From positions 32,001 to 96,000 of the IMG/VR virus record IMGVR_UViG_3300007352_000013: a DNA stretch of 64,000 bases; one strand, 5' to 3'. How positions within the stretch are numbered: the stretch's first letter is position 1; each line of letters starts with the position of its first letter. Both the position numbers and the translations under genes were made by a program. The stretch comes from a virus. This document shows positions 18,205 through 27,000 of the stretch, piece after piece. The notes under the pieces are model-generated. The model saw only the letters and a list, made by a program, of their open reading frames with translations, was not told where the DNA came from and did no database searches.

Positions 18205-18745
18205 AATTGCGCAGGTTGAACGATGAAACAAAAAGCTGTAATATCACAAAACCGACAGAATAAATTAATGGCGCAATTGTTTGGAATTTTTAGAACCCTT
18301 AAAAAGCTAGTGGCGTATAAGTAGGTAACATATTGTACGAAAGTTTATGCATTACTAAGAAGGATCAAAATGCATGACAAGGAATGGAAACACTTGAGCT
18401 ATTCAAGAAGAACGAGTCCTGTAAAATTTCAACAGCAGAAAGGATTGCGCGATTTATCGCCCTGTGTGCCAGTTGAGCCGCTTGTAATGGGCGGCGATAG
18501 GTGCAGGATAAGCCAACTCGTCAGCGACGAAAAATCCATAGGTACTGTATCCCGCTCAGTACGTTGGTCCGAGAAAGCAAGGAATAGCGTAGGCAAGTTC
18601 GTACAAGATAATTATAGTATATCTTTCTATATATAAGAAAGAAAATACTAAACTTAATAGGATATTAAGTTTGATAGGTAAAAGAGGCGGGTTGCGCGCT
18701 AAATTAAAAAAATAAATTCAAATACGTGCTGATGCACGTTAGCAA
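18205..18745 (+). ncRNA. large (about 540 nt) structured non-coding RNA, family unassigned
   Basis: GC-richer gap of about 640 nt; stems 18205-12/18271-78, 18333-41/18598-606, 18542-47/18557-62, 18622-28/18636-42, 18650-59/18663-72, 18724-29/18734-39; boundaries and strand approximate. Confidence 0.6.
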
Positions 18746-18788
18746 GACAGAAAACATTTTATTTGGATTAATTATAATAGGAGATAAA

Positions 18789-18860
18789 ATTTTATTTTTG
18801 TGTTTTGTTTGTTGGGTATTTTTCTTAGTAATTTCTTATCGTAATAAAGGTGCCAAATGA
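18789..18860 (+). CDS. 23-codon hydrophobic peptide with apparent ATT start
   Basis: SD aggag, 5-nt spacer, ATT; ILFLCFVCWVFFLVISYRNKGAK*; stop overlaps next ATG. Confidence 0.4.
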   Translation: MLFLCFVCWVFFLVISYRNKGAK

Positions 18861-19051
18861 AAAAACTATCTGCTAATTATAAAAGAAAGATTGTAATGAT
18901 ACCAGAATTAAGTAATTTGGATTTGATTCAACAGTATCAAAGTTCATCTTATGATTTAGATCGTAACATGACAGAAACTGGTTTACCTTTCGATGATATA
19001 TTAAAATATAATATAGAACTAGAAGAAGAAATTCTTAGGAGAATGAATTAA
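18857..19051 (+). CDS. hypothetical protein
   Basis: 64 aa. Confidence 0.5.
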   Translation: MKKLSANYKRKIVMIPELSNLDLIQQYQSSSYDLDRNMTETGLPFDDILKYNIELEEEILRRMN

Positions 19052-19052
19052 G

Positions 19053-19235
19053 ATGGATAGAGGAATGAAGACGGTCAATATACAAAAACAAAAAGATATT
19101 CATTTCGAACTTTCTGATCGTGAAATATTATTATCTTTTGTTAACGATGATGATTCTATATTATTTGAAGAATGGTGGAAAGTAGAAGGTTCTTCTATAT
19201 TTGAAGATTATCTTCAAAATCAAAAAGAGTTATAA
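19053..19235 (+). CDS. hypothetical protein
   Basis: 60 aa; LSF.ND.....F..WW. Confidence 0.5.
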   Translation: MDRGMKTVNIQKQKDIHFELSDREILLSFVNDDDSILFEEWWKVEGSSIFEDYLQNQKEL

Positions 19236-19236
19236 A

Positions 19237-19452
19237 ATGAAATGTTGTTTTTGTTTTGATAATATAAATAAATCTGAAGTGTTTTATAAATTAATTCCAT
19301 GTTACATAAAAAATGATGAAACACAATATATAAATTGCAATAATGATATAGCATGTCACGAAAAATGTATTGCGAATAACAATAATGATAAAAAACAAAC
19401 ACAAGATAATTCGGTTAAAAGAAATACTATATTAGATTCTTTGGTAAATTAG
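19237..19452 (+). CDS. small Cys-containing protein
   Basis: CCFC...CHEKC; ATG 19237. Confidence 0.5.
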   Translation: MKCCFCFDNINKSEVFYKLIPCYIKNDETQYINCNNDIACHEKCIANNNNDKKQTQDNSVKRNTILDSLVN

Positions 19453-19453
19453 A

Positions 19454-20863
19454 ATGAATAAATTAAAAAATATTTTCAATGAAAATGGTTTGGTTATAGA
19501 TAAATCATTTGCAACTATTTCTAACAATTTTAGAAAACTCCCCAATTTCGTTTTCGATTATTTGTCATCTCAATTAATTCATGATTCAAATCCCGAAATT
19601 GGTATATCAAAAATAAATAAAATAATAGAAGAAAATTTTGTAGACTCCGATAAAAAAGAATTAGTTAAAAGTAGAATTAAGGAATTGGGAAGATATTCTT
19701 TTTTGGGAAATATTAGTTGCAGATTTGATCAAAATAAAAATGAATATTTTGCATCTGTAAATGTTTTGGAAGATAATAATATTAGAATAAGTCCTGATGT
19801 TTTAGAAAAATATGGAGATATACTATTAACAACAGGGTGTTATGGAAGTTTATTAATTGCTTTTGAACCATTTACATTAACTAAAAAGAAGAATTATCCA
19901 TTTATTATAATAGATTTTGTTCCATTTCAAATAATAGATATAAATATAGATTCATATATAGAAAAAAGAAAGAATTTTTCGACAGATGAATGGATAGACA
20001 TTATAATAAACAGTATCGGATTTAATCCAAATCTTCTAAATAGAGAACAAAAATTATTGTACATATGCAGACTAACTCCTTTTGTAGAATCTAATCTTAA
20101 TACGATAGAATTGGGAGGAACAGAAACTGCTAAGACACATATATACAGAAATCTTAGCCAATATGGTATATTGCTTTCAGGTTCTAATCCATCTATGGCA
20201 AGTCTATTTTATAATAAACTAAGAAGAACGGTCGGTATCCTTTGTAAAAAGGATTGCGTTATATTTGACGAGATATCTGGGACTAAATTCAACGATGAAG
20301 AATTGATAAATTCTCTTAAAGACTTTATGAATAGTGGAAAATTCTCAAGGGATAAAGTAGAATTAACTTCTGGATGTTCCGTTGTATTTATAGGAAATAT
20401 TGATACCGACACAAATAAACAAGAAGTAAAAAATTATTATCATCACCTATTTGTTCCTCTACCAGTTAAAATAAGGAATGATCGCGCCTTTCTAGATAGA
20501 ATTCATGCATTCTTACCCGGATGGAAACTACCAAGAATCTCTGTGTCTAGCCTATCTTCAGATTATGGATTCATGGCAGATTACATAAGTGAAATATTTC
20601 ATAGATTTAGAGATAAAGATTATTCTAGTATTATTAAATCTAAGATTAAATTTGATAACTCAAGTTTTAGAAATCAACAAGCTGTAACCAAACTTTGTTC
20701 TGCTCTCATTAAAATAATTTATCCAGATAAAAATATGACTGATGATGAATTAAAAGAAATTCTAAATATTTCTATTGACTTGAGGCAAAGGGTTGTTGAT
20801 CAATTAGGAATCATAGCACCTAGTGAATTCAAGGATATCAAAATAAAATGTTCAATAATTTAA
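19454..20863 (+). CDS. BrxL-like AAA+ ATPase without Lon protease domain (TIGR02688-type)
   Basis: RLTPFVESNLNTIELG...AKTHIY, LFYN, VG......V.FDEI, LKDFMNSGKFSR, FIGNI, DRAFLDRIH..LPGW..P, DYGF..DY.SE.FH, R.Q.AV.KL. Confidence 0.82.
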   Translation: MNKLKNIFNENGLVIDKSFATISNNFRKLPNFVFDYLSSQLIHDSNPEIGISKINKIIEENFVDSDKKELVKSRIKELGRYSFLGNISCRFDQNKNEYFASVNVLEDNNIRISPDVLEKYGDILLTTGCYGSLLIAFEPFTLTKKKNYPFIIIDFVPFQIIDINIDSYIEKRKNFSTDEWIDIIINSIGFNPNLLNREQKLLYICRLTPFVESNLNTIELGGTETAKTHIYRNLSQYGILLSGSNPSMASLFYNKLRRTVGILCKKDCVIFDEISGTKFNDEELINSLKDFMNSGKFSRDKVELTSGCSVVFIGNIDTDTNKQEVKNYYHHLFVPLPVKIRNDRAFLDRIHAFLPGWKLPRISVSSLSSDYGFMADYISEIFHRFRDKDYSSIIKSKIKFDNSSFRNQQAVTKLCSALIKIIYPDKNMTDDELKEILNISIDLRQRVVDQLGIIAPSEFKDIKIKCSII

Positions 20864-21243
20864 ATGATATCAATAAGGCTATAATGGATTTTAGATTACA
20901 CAATGGAAGATATCCAAACGTAATCTTTATATCTAAAGAAAATAAAGCCAGTTTTTTTAAAATTATTGATAATCATTATTACTATTCCAACCCATCTCAA
21001 GGTTTTAATGAAATGGAATTACTTGGATTAAAGGTAAAATTTACACAATCTTTAGATGGATTAGATTATGTAGCAGAATTTGATAAATCATCTTCTCTTG
21101 AAAATTTTAATTCAGAATATTTAAATTATCCATCACTACCAGAATATATGAAAAAAATATTTGTTGAAAGACCATATAATGGAGAGAAAACAAAAATACC
21201 AGAGAAACCAAAACAAAAGAAAAAAAGGAGAATAATTTTATGA
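20848..21243 (+). CDS. hypothetical protein with basic KRRIIL tail
   Basis: 131 aa. Confidence 0.6.
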   Translation: MFNNLNDINKAIMDFRLHNGRYPNVIFISKENKASFFKIIDNHYYYSNPSQGFNEMELLGLKVKFTQSLDGLDYVAEFDKSSSLENFNSEYLNYPSLPEYMKKIFVERPYNGEKTKIPEKPKQKKKRRIIL

Positions 21244-21345
21244 AAAACAAAACATCTAATGTAATTTGTATCATTCTTTCACTTATAACCATTGGTTGTA
21301 TAAGTGGCATTGTTGTTACAACTCCCGGTTGTAAAAATATAATAA

Positions 21346-21864
21346 ATGGAAGTTGGAGATAAAGTGATAGAAGAATGGAAAGATATTAAAGAATATGAGG
21401 GATTGTATCAGATATCTAATTATGGATTAGTAAAATCCTTTATTTCAAATAAAATATTAAAATATGATATAAAATATGATGGCCATAAAAGGGTAACTCT
21501 TTGTAGAAAAGGTAAAACTAAAAAATTTAATGTCCACAGATTAGTTTTAGAGACTTTCGTTGGTTCATGTCCAGAAGGAATGGAATGTCGTCACTTAGAT
21601 AATGATGCATCAAACAATAAAGTGTCAAATCTAGAGTGGTCAACGCATTATGAAAATATGCAAGATAAATATAAATTTAAAACAATAATAAGAGAAAAAT
21701 GTATAAGAAAAAATTGTAAATTAAACGTAATACAAATTAGAATTATAAGATATTTATTAAAAACAAAAGTATTATTACAAAAAGAAATTGCAAAAATATT
21801 TGATGTCGCAGATTCTCAAATATCAGAAATTAAAAATAATAATCAATGGAGTCATATACGATGA
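21346..21864 (+). CDS. NUMOD4-HNH homing endonuclease
   Basis: EEWKDIKEYEGLYQISNYG, VHRLVLETF, CRHLDND..NN..SNLEW.T..EN, C-terminal HTH. Confidence 0.88.
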   Translation: MEVGDKVIEEWKDIKEYEGLYQISNYGLVKSFISNKILKYDIKYDGHKRVTLCRKGKTKKFNVHRLVLETFVGSCPEGMECRHLDNDASNNKVSNLEWSTHYENMQDKYKFKTIIREKCIRKNCKLNVIQIRIIRYLLKTKVLLQKEIAKIFDVADSQISEIKNNNQWSHIR

Positions 21865-22592
21865 GGTATTGTGGAGGAAAATTTAGAATAGCCAAGTCAC
21901 TTACCAATTTTTTAAAATATGTTAGAAAACAAAATCAAGTATTTGTTGATGGAATGGTTGGAGGTGGAAGTATAATAAGATTTATTGATGGAAATAGGAT
22001 AGCAAATGATAAATGCCCATATCTTATAGAATTTTATAAGGCAATCCAAAATGGCTGGAGACCAAAAGAAAATCTTTCTGAACAAGATTATAAAAGATTA
22101 CAGAAATTATATAAAGATGGGGTATGTAACGGAGAAATAGGATTCGGGCTATATTTTTGTTCTTGGGGTGGTAAATTTAATGGTGGTTATGCTAGAAATT
22201 CTAAATTTGATAAATCCTTCAAATTAGTTAACGGTCAACTTAAAGATTGCTATAAATTATCAGATTCAATAAATGACGTTAAATTTATATGTTCAGATTA
22301 TGAAGATTTATTAAAATATCATTTAAAAGTTTTTCAAGATATAAAGTCTAGGTGCTTAATATATTTTGATATTCCATATTTTGGAACTACAGAATACAGA
22401 TTTAAATTCGATCATATTCGTTTTTGGGAAGTAATTAGAGAGTATTCAACTATACACGATATTTATATTAGTGAATACGTAGCGCCAGAAGATTTTGAAT
22501 GTGTATGGAGTATGGAAAGAAAAACTAATTTAAATACTAAAGATGCATGTAAGTCAGACAGGATAGAAAAATTGTTTAAATACATGGGATAA
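21861..22592 (+). CDS. DNA adenine methyltransferase (D12/Dam family)
   Basis: MRYCGGK, FVDGMVGGGS, IAND, catalytic IYFDIPY (DPPY variant), ISEY. Confidence 0.82.
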   Translation: MRYCGGKFRIAKSLTNFLKYVRKQNQVFVDGMVGGGSIIRFIDGNRIANDKCPYLIEFYKAIQNGWRPKENLSEQDYKRLQKLYKDGVCNGEIGFGLYFCSWGGKFNGGYARNSKFDKSFKLVNGQLKDCYKLSDSINDVKFICSDYEDLLKYHLKVFQDIKSRCLIYFDIPYFGTTEYRFKFDHIRFWEVIREYSTIHDIYISEYVAPEDFECVWSMERKTNLNTKDACKSDRIEKLFKYMG

Positions 22593-22593
22593 T

Positions 22594-22806
22594 ATGAAAA
22601 AATATAGAGTCAGATATAGTGAAGTGTTAAATTATAGAGTAGACATCATTGCTAATGATCAAGAAGAGGCTAAAAAGACTTTAAAAAATATTTCTAAAGA
22701 TAAAAGGTATAGTCCAGAACTAATTTCTTCTAGTGGAGAATCCCTTGACTATATGATGGAAGTAGATGAAAATGGGGAAGATATAGAAGGGACAGATTGG
22801 TGTTAA
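22594..22806 (+). CDS. small acidic protein (DpnD/PcfM-like pattern)
   Basis: KKYRVRYSE......I.ANDQEEA. Confidence 0.55.
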   Translation: MKKYRVRYSEVLNYRVDIIANDQEEAKKTLKNISKDKRYSPELISSSGESLDYMMEVDENGEDIEGTDWC

Positions 22807-22807
22807 G

Positions 22808-23053
22808 ATGAAAAAAGAGCTAAGTCGTAGCCCACAAAATATAAATGGAAATACTTGGTATTACGAAGAAAATGATGGTATACATATAATTCATTCTTTC
22901 AACGGTCCCAATTTACCTATGGTAGTTCAAATTAAAATTCCTTATAAAAAACTTAGGGCGACTATGAAAAGATTAAATAAAACTAGACCGAATAGGTCTC
23001 CTGTAGTAGAAAGGGTTAAGAAAAATGGACGGAATGCAAAGATTCATAAATAA
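22808..23053 (+). CDS. hypothetical protein
   Basis: 81 aa; WYYEE...I.I. Confidence 0.55.
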   Translation: MKKELSRSPQNINGNTWYYEENDGIHIIHSFNGPNLPMVVQIKIPYKKLRATMKRLNKTRPNRSPVVERVKKNGRNAKIHK

Positions 23054-23261
23054 GATGTGGGAATGGGGTTGCGAAGTAAAACCAAAAGAGATAATTGCAA
23101 AAGAACAGCAAATAGAAAAGCAAGTCAAAAAATTACTAGAAAGACTTCACAGAATAAAAAAAACTAGACAATATAAAGATATGATTATGTTAGAATCTGA
23201 TGTATATAAGATATACAAACTGATTGAAAGATATGACGATTATATTATGAACGGGGAATAA
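23025..23261 (+). CDS. hypothetical protein
   Basis: 78 aa; start uncertain. Confidence 0.45.
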   Translation: MDGMQRFINKMWEWGCEVKPKEIIAKEQQIEKQVKKLLERLHRIKKTRQYKDMIMLESDVYKIYKLIERYDDYIMNGE

Positions 23262-23262
23262 A

Positions 23263-23511
23263 ATGAAAAGAGCAATTTGTGTATTAATGTGTTTTATTGT
23301 TGGTTGCAACCCATTTAATTCAACTCCATGTAAAAAATGTTCAAATAATGGTTCATTTATTAGAATGAAATTAGATGGAAGAAAATGTCAATATATATGC
23401 CATATTCATGTGTTTCGTGGAAATAAAGATAATCATATAAGATGTATTTATAATAATCTGTATCAAGAATTAGATGTTAGTTCAGATGAATTTATTTTTA
23501 TAGAGGATTAA
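23263..23511 (+). CDS. small lipoprotein
   Basis: MKRAICVLMCFIVG-C lipobox. Confidence 0.55.
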   Translation: MKRAICVLMCFIVGCNPFNSTPCKKCSNNGSFIRMKLDGRKCQYICHIHVFRGNKDNHIRCIYNNLYQELDVSSDEFIFIED

Positions 23512-23663
23512 ATGAAAAAAGTTAAATTAATATTAGAATATGATGCTGGTGATTACCATCAAAATCAATGGATATCTATCAATCCAAAAGATTGGGAAGA
23601 GTATATACAGCAGTGCGATCTATTAGCTTGCGATCTGAAGATCTTAGAAGTAAAGGTTGAACA

Positions 23664-24026
23664 ATGTTAAAATTTGGAACAGCACCATTTCTTGAATGTA
23701 GCTCTAAAGGAGATAAAAGATTTAGTGCGTTCTATGCCAGACTGGAAAGATATGGTGGTAAAAGTATAGAAGAAATCTATCAAGCCAGAAAAATATTTGA
23801 GGATGGGTCTAGTGGTCTTTCATGGAAAGAAGCCAAGGGTCGTGAGCCAGTTAATAAAGAAGACGTAAGATTACTGTACGAATATCTATGGGTTGTTTAT
23901 TTTGAAGAGAATCCTTATTTATTAGAAGTTATAAAACAATTTAATGGGTTCTCAGACGTATTCGGACAACCTAATCATTGCTGTCAAGCTGAAGAAATTT
24001 ACAAGATTTGGAGTAAGTTTAGATGA
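23664..24026 (+). CDS. NADAR-like protein
   Basis: FSAFY...SIEEIYQARKIF...FEENPYLL, recalling NADAR FSNFY...EH.YQA.KF...F.QNP.L. Confidence 0.5.
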   Translation: MLKFGTAPFLECSSKGDKRFSAFYARLERYGGKSIEEIYQARKIFEDGSSGLSWKEAKGREPVNKEDVRLLYEYLWVVYFEENPYLLEVIKQFNGFSDVFGQPNHCCQAEEIYKIWSKFR

Positions 24027-24238
24027 AGACAAAACTTGATATAGAAATTCCAGATGAGTTAATAAACCAAAAAATAGATTCTTTAACCAAAGAGAATATT
24101 AGATTAAAGAGTGAAAATACTCGATTGAAGAATAAATTGGCAATAGCAAAAACTATATCGGAAAAAGCTAATCGTATTATAGAAGCCGTGCGAGAAGCTG
24201 GTGGATTTTGCGATGATGGTTGTTACGGAGATCATTAA
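24023..24238 (+). CDS. hypothetical coiled-coil protein
   Basis: ATGA overlap; heptad pattern. Confidence 0.55.
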   Translation: MKTKLDIEIPDELINQKIDSLTKENIRLKSENTRLKNKLAIAKTISEKANRIIEAVREAGGFCDDGCYGDH

Positions 24239-24241
24239 TAA

Positions 24242-24526
24242 ATGAATAACATTTGTTATATATGTAATATTAATCCGGGAGTGGAGTGTCCGGGTAGAAA
24301 ACCAAATGAAAGAACAAAATGTTTATCTTGTTTAAGAAAATATTTGATAGTAGAAAATATACATAATTCAATATATCAATTAGAATGTATGATAATTATA
24401 ATAAAACATAAAAATGATTGGGAAGAGCAGATAAGAGAAATCATTGAGTTTTATAAAAACAAAGAAAGAAATATTCCAAAATCTGAATTTTACAAAAGTT
24501 TATTAGAGATTAATAATGAAGAATAA
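24242..24526 (+). CDS. hypothetical protein
   Basis: CYIC...CLSC. Confidence 0.5.
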   Translation: MNNICYICNINPGVECPGRKPNERTKCLSCLRKYLIVENIHNSIYQLECMIIIIKHKNDWEEQIREIIEFYKNKERNIPKSEFYKSLLEINNEE

Positions 24527-25106
24527 AAAAACGATTTTTTTGGATATGGACGGGGTTTTAGTAGATCTTTTCTCTGGAATAGAAAAACAATTTAATATTA
24601 AAAAAGGATTTTTAGAAAGTAAACCCTACCCATGTCTCCCAGACTCTATAGATATAGCAAATAAACTATTAATGACAGAAGAATGTCTTTGGGGAAATAA
24701 AGTTAATGATGTAAAATTTTGGGAAAGCTTACCTAAATATCCTTGGTCCGATGATCTAATAATAGCTTGTTTAAATGCCAACGTAGAAGACGTGTTAATC
24801 TTAACCTCTCCATCAAAAACATGCATGTATTGTTCTAGTGGAAAAGTGGCTTGGTTGAGTAAACATTATCCATTTTTTGTTGCTTATGGGAAAATTGTAA
24901 TAGCAAATAAAAAATATTTGCTTGCTGCAAAAAATCGCGTACTTATTGATGATACAATTGAAAAATGCAAACAGTTTCGTGATGCTGGTGGAGAAGCAAT
25001 ACTTTTCCCACATCCTTACAACAAGAACTATTTCCCTAGTACAGAAAAAGGAGTTTATCAACCCAAAAACGTGGATGAAGTTATAGATATGATAAAGGAA
25101 TTATAA
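24516..25106 (+). CDS. HAD-family 5'(3')-deoxyribonucleotidase
   Basis: FLDMDGVLVD, ILTSP, GKVAWL, LIDD. Confidence 0.88.
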   Translation: MKNKKTIFLDMDGVLVDLFSGIEKQFNIKKGFLESKPYPCLPDSIDIANKLLMTEECLWGNKVNDVKFWESLPKYPWSDDLIIACLNANVEDVLILTSPSKTCMYCSSGKVAWLSKHYPFFVAYGKIVIANKKYLLAAKNRVLIDDTIEKCKQFRDAGGEAILFPHPYNKNYFPSTEKGVYQPKNVDEVIDMIKEL

Positions 25107-25487
25107 ATGGAATTCTTAGATAAAGTCAAGCAACTATCTCAATTAAATTCTGAAGTTTTAGAGTATCTTAAACCATTTATGGAAATATACAAAAAATATG
25201 AGACAGGACTTGCTAGTCGTAATTGCATTACAGAAATAAAAATAGAAGATGGTCTAGTGTATCTTGTAGGCGAAGAATGGTATTGTGGTGGTACTGATTA
25301 TCATGGTGATAGTTTTAATCCAGAATTATTTAGTAAAGATTTACAATACTTTGAAGACTATTTAATTTTAGAAAAAAATAAAAAATTAGAACAAGAAAGA
25401 CTTAAGAAAGAAGAAAATGAAAGACAAGCCGAAGAATATCAAAGAAAACAATATGAATTATTAAAGAAAAAATTTGAAAAGGAGTAA
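25107..25487 (+). CDS. hypothetical protein
   Basis: 126 aa; coiled-coil C-terminus. Confidence 0.6.
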   Translation: MEFLDKVKQLSQLNSEVLEYLKPFMEIYKKYETGLASRNCITEIKIEDGLVYLVGEEWYCGGTDYHGDSFNPELFSKDLQYFEDYLILEKNKKLEQERLKKEENERQAEEYQRKQYELLKKKFEKE

Positions 25488-25490
25488 TAA

Positions 25491-25787
25491 ATGCGTGAAA
25501 ATACAAGGGTAGCTATTGTGACAATATTGATTCTTTCATTTATTTTTACTGTTGTCGGATATCTAGGATATCATTTAAGATATGAACAAATGCATCCATG
25601 CCGACCTTATTATCCCTATCAAATTATAGGAGGAACCATAGAAACTGGAGGTAATGCATTTCACTCATATTCATTACATTTAATATATGTTAAAGGAAAG
25701 ATAAAAGATCTTGATGAAGAATGTACTGTTTCTATAAGAGTAACAGAACAAAAATATTACGATTTAATAGAGAAAAAGTTAAAATAG
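25491..25787 (+). CDS. membrane-anchored hypothetical protein
   Basis: N-terminal TM helix; SD ggag. Confidence 0.6.
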   Translation: MRENTRVAIVTILILSFIFTVVGYLGYHLRYEQMHPCRPYYPYQIIGGTIETGGNAFHSYSLHLIYVKGKIKDLDEECTVSIRVTEQKYYDLIEKKLK

Positions 25788-25796
25788 GAGTTGTAC

Positions 25797-26804
25797 ATGT
25801 CTACATATGAATGTCCGGTGATCAAAATAAAGCTAGAGCCGCATCCAGATGCTAATTCTCTAAGCCTTGTTAAATATGGAAATTTTACTCTAGTTGTTAA
25901 GACGGCACAATGGAAAGACGGAGATCTTGCCGTTCATATTCCCGAAGACTATTGTGTTCCTGACACAGAGCAATTTGCTTTTCTTGGAAATAGTAAGAGA
26001 ATAAAACCGAAGAAATTCAGAGGAATTTGGTCTGATGGAATTTTAATAAAAGCACCAGACGGATTAGGTATTGGCGAAAATGCTATGGAAATTCTTGGTA
26101 TCAAAAGATATGATCCAGAAATTGAAATATCATTCAATAATGATAATGAGGCCGAACCTATTGGTAACTGGCCTAGGTATGATGTAGAAGGTTATAAGAA
26201 GTATGCTGATTGGTTTAATCTTGGAGAACAAGTAGTTTGTACCGAAAAAATTCATGGTGCTAGTGCGAGATTTGTTTATATTGAAAGTTATCATCATTTT
26301 CCAGAGCCAGACCCAAGAGATGGTAGTTCACCGATTGTCACTGGTAGGATGTATTGTGGTTCAAGAACTAATTGGAAGAAACAATCAGAAAAAGATCCTT
26401 GGTGGAAGGCTTTACAACAGAATCCTTGGATAGAAATATGGTGTAAAGCTAATCCGGGCTATGCGCTATATGGGGAAATATTTGGGCAAGTTCAAAACCT
26501 AAAATATGGTTGCGAACCGAATCAAATAAGGTTTGCTATCTTCGATATAAGACATGATAGGATTTGGCTAAATCACGATATAGCGAGAGATATGGGCCAC
26601 GGACTATTTTGGGTTCCAGAAATATACAGAGGTCCATTAGATCTTAATAGAATTTCTGAACTAATAGAGTGCGATAGCGTAGTAGGTGGTAAGGGTCATA
26701 TTATGGAAGGTTGTGTGATAAAGCCATTAATAGAAAGAGAATTACACGGCGGCGATAGAGTTCAGCTTAAACTTATAAGTAAGAGATATTTTAATGAAAA
26801 GTGA
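25797..26804 (+). CDS. RNA ligase, DRB0094/Rnl2-like family
   Basis: HP.A..L N-domain, FRG.WS.GIL, TEKIHG.SARF, YGEIFG, FDI, EGCVIK, LKLIS. Confidence 0.88.
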   Translation: MSTYECPVIKIKLEPHPDANSLSLVKYGNFTLVVKTAQWKDGDLAVHIPEDYCVPDTEQFAFLGNSKRIKPKKFRGIWSDGILIKAPDGLGIGENAMEILGIKRYDPEIEISFNNDNEAEPIGNWPRYDVEGYKKYADWFNLGEQVVCTEKIHGASARFVYIESYHHFPEPDPRDGSSPIVTGRMYCGSRTNWKKQSEKDPWWKALQQNPWIEIWCKANPGYALYGEIFGQVQNLKYGCEPNQIRFAIFDIRHDRIWLNHDIARDMGHGLFWVPEIYRGPLDLNRISELIECDSVVGGKGHIMEGCVIKPLIERELHGGDRVQLKLISKRYFNEK

Positions 26805-26997
26805 TAAAGAAACATCGTGTAAGACATGCGGTAAAATATATCCAAGATGGAAATTGAATTACTCGCAAGTATGCTTAAAATGCGAGGATGAAAGTATTCC
26901 TTATAGCAATAATAGAGAAAAATGTTCTTTTTCAAATTTATTTTTCAAGCCTTTTATATATATCGGTGAAACCGTATTTAGGATTTTAAGTAAATAA
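26794..26997 (+). CDS. hypothetical protein
   Basis: CKTC...CLKC. Confidence 0.5.
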   Translation: MKSDKETSCKTCGKIYPRWKLNYSQVCLKCEDESIPYSNNREKCSFSNLFFKPFIYIGETVFRILSK

Positions 26998-27000
26998 ATT

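Noticed and set aside
18370-18636. 88-aa ORF in the track
   Set aside because: Atypical GC and amino-acid composition, and it lies inside extensive base-paired structure; treated as a shadow of the ncRNA.
18205-18745. Group I/II intron, RNase P or tmRNA
   Set aside because: No domain V, no P/Q/R/S set, no GAGGAAAGUCC, no tRNA-like ends and no interrupted exon.
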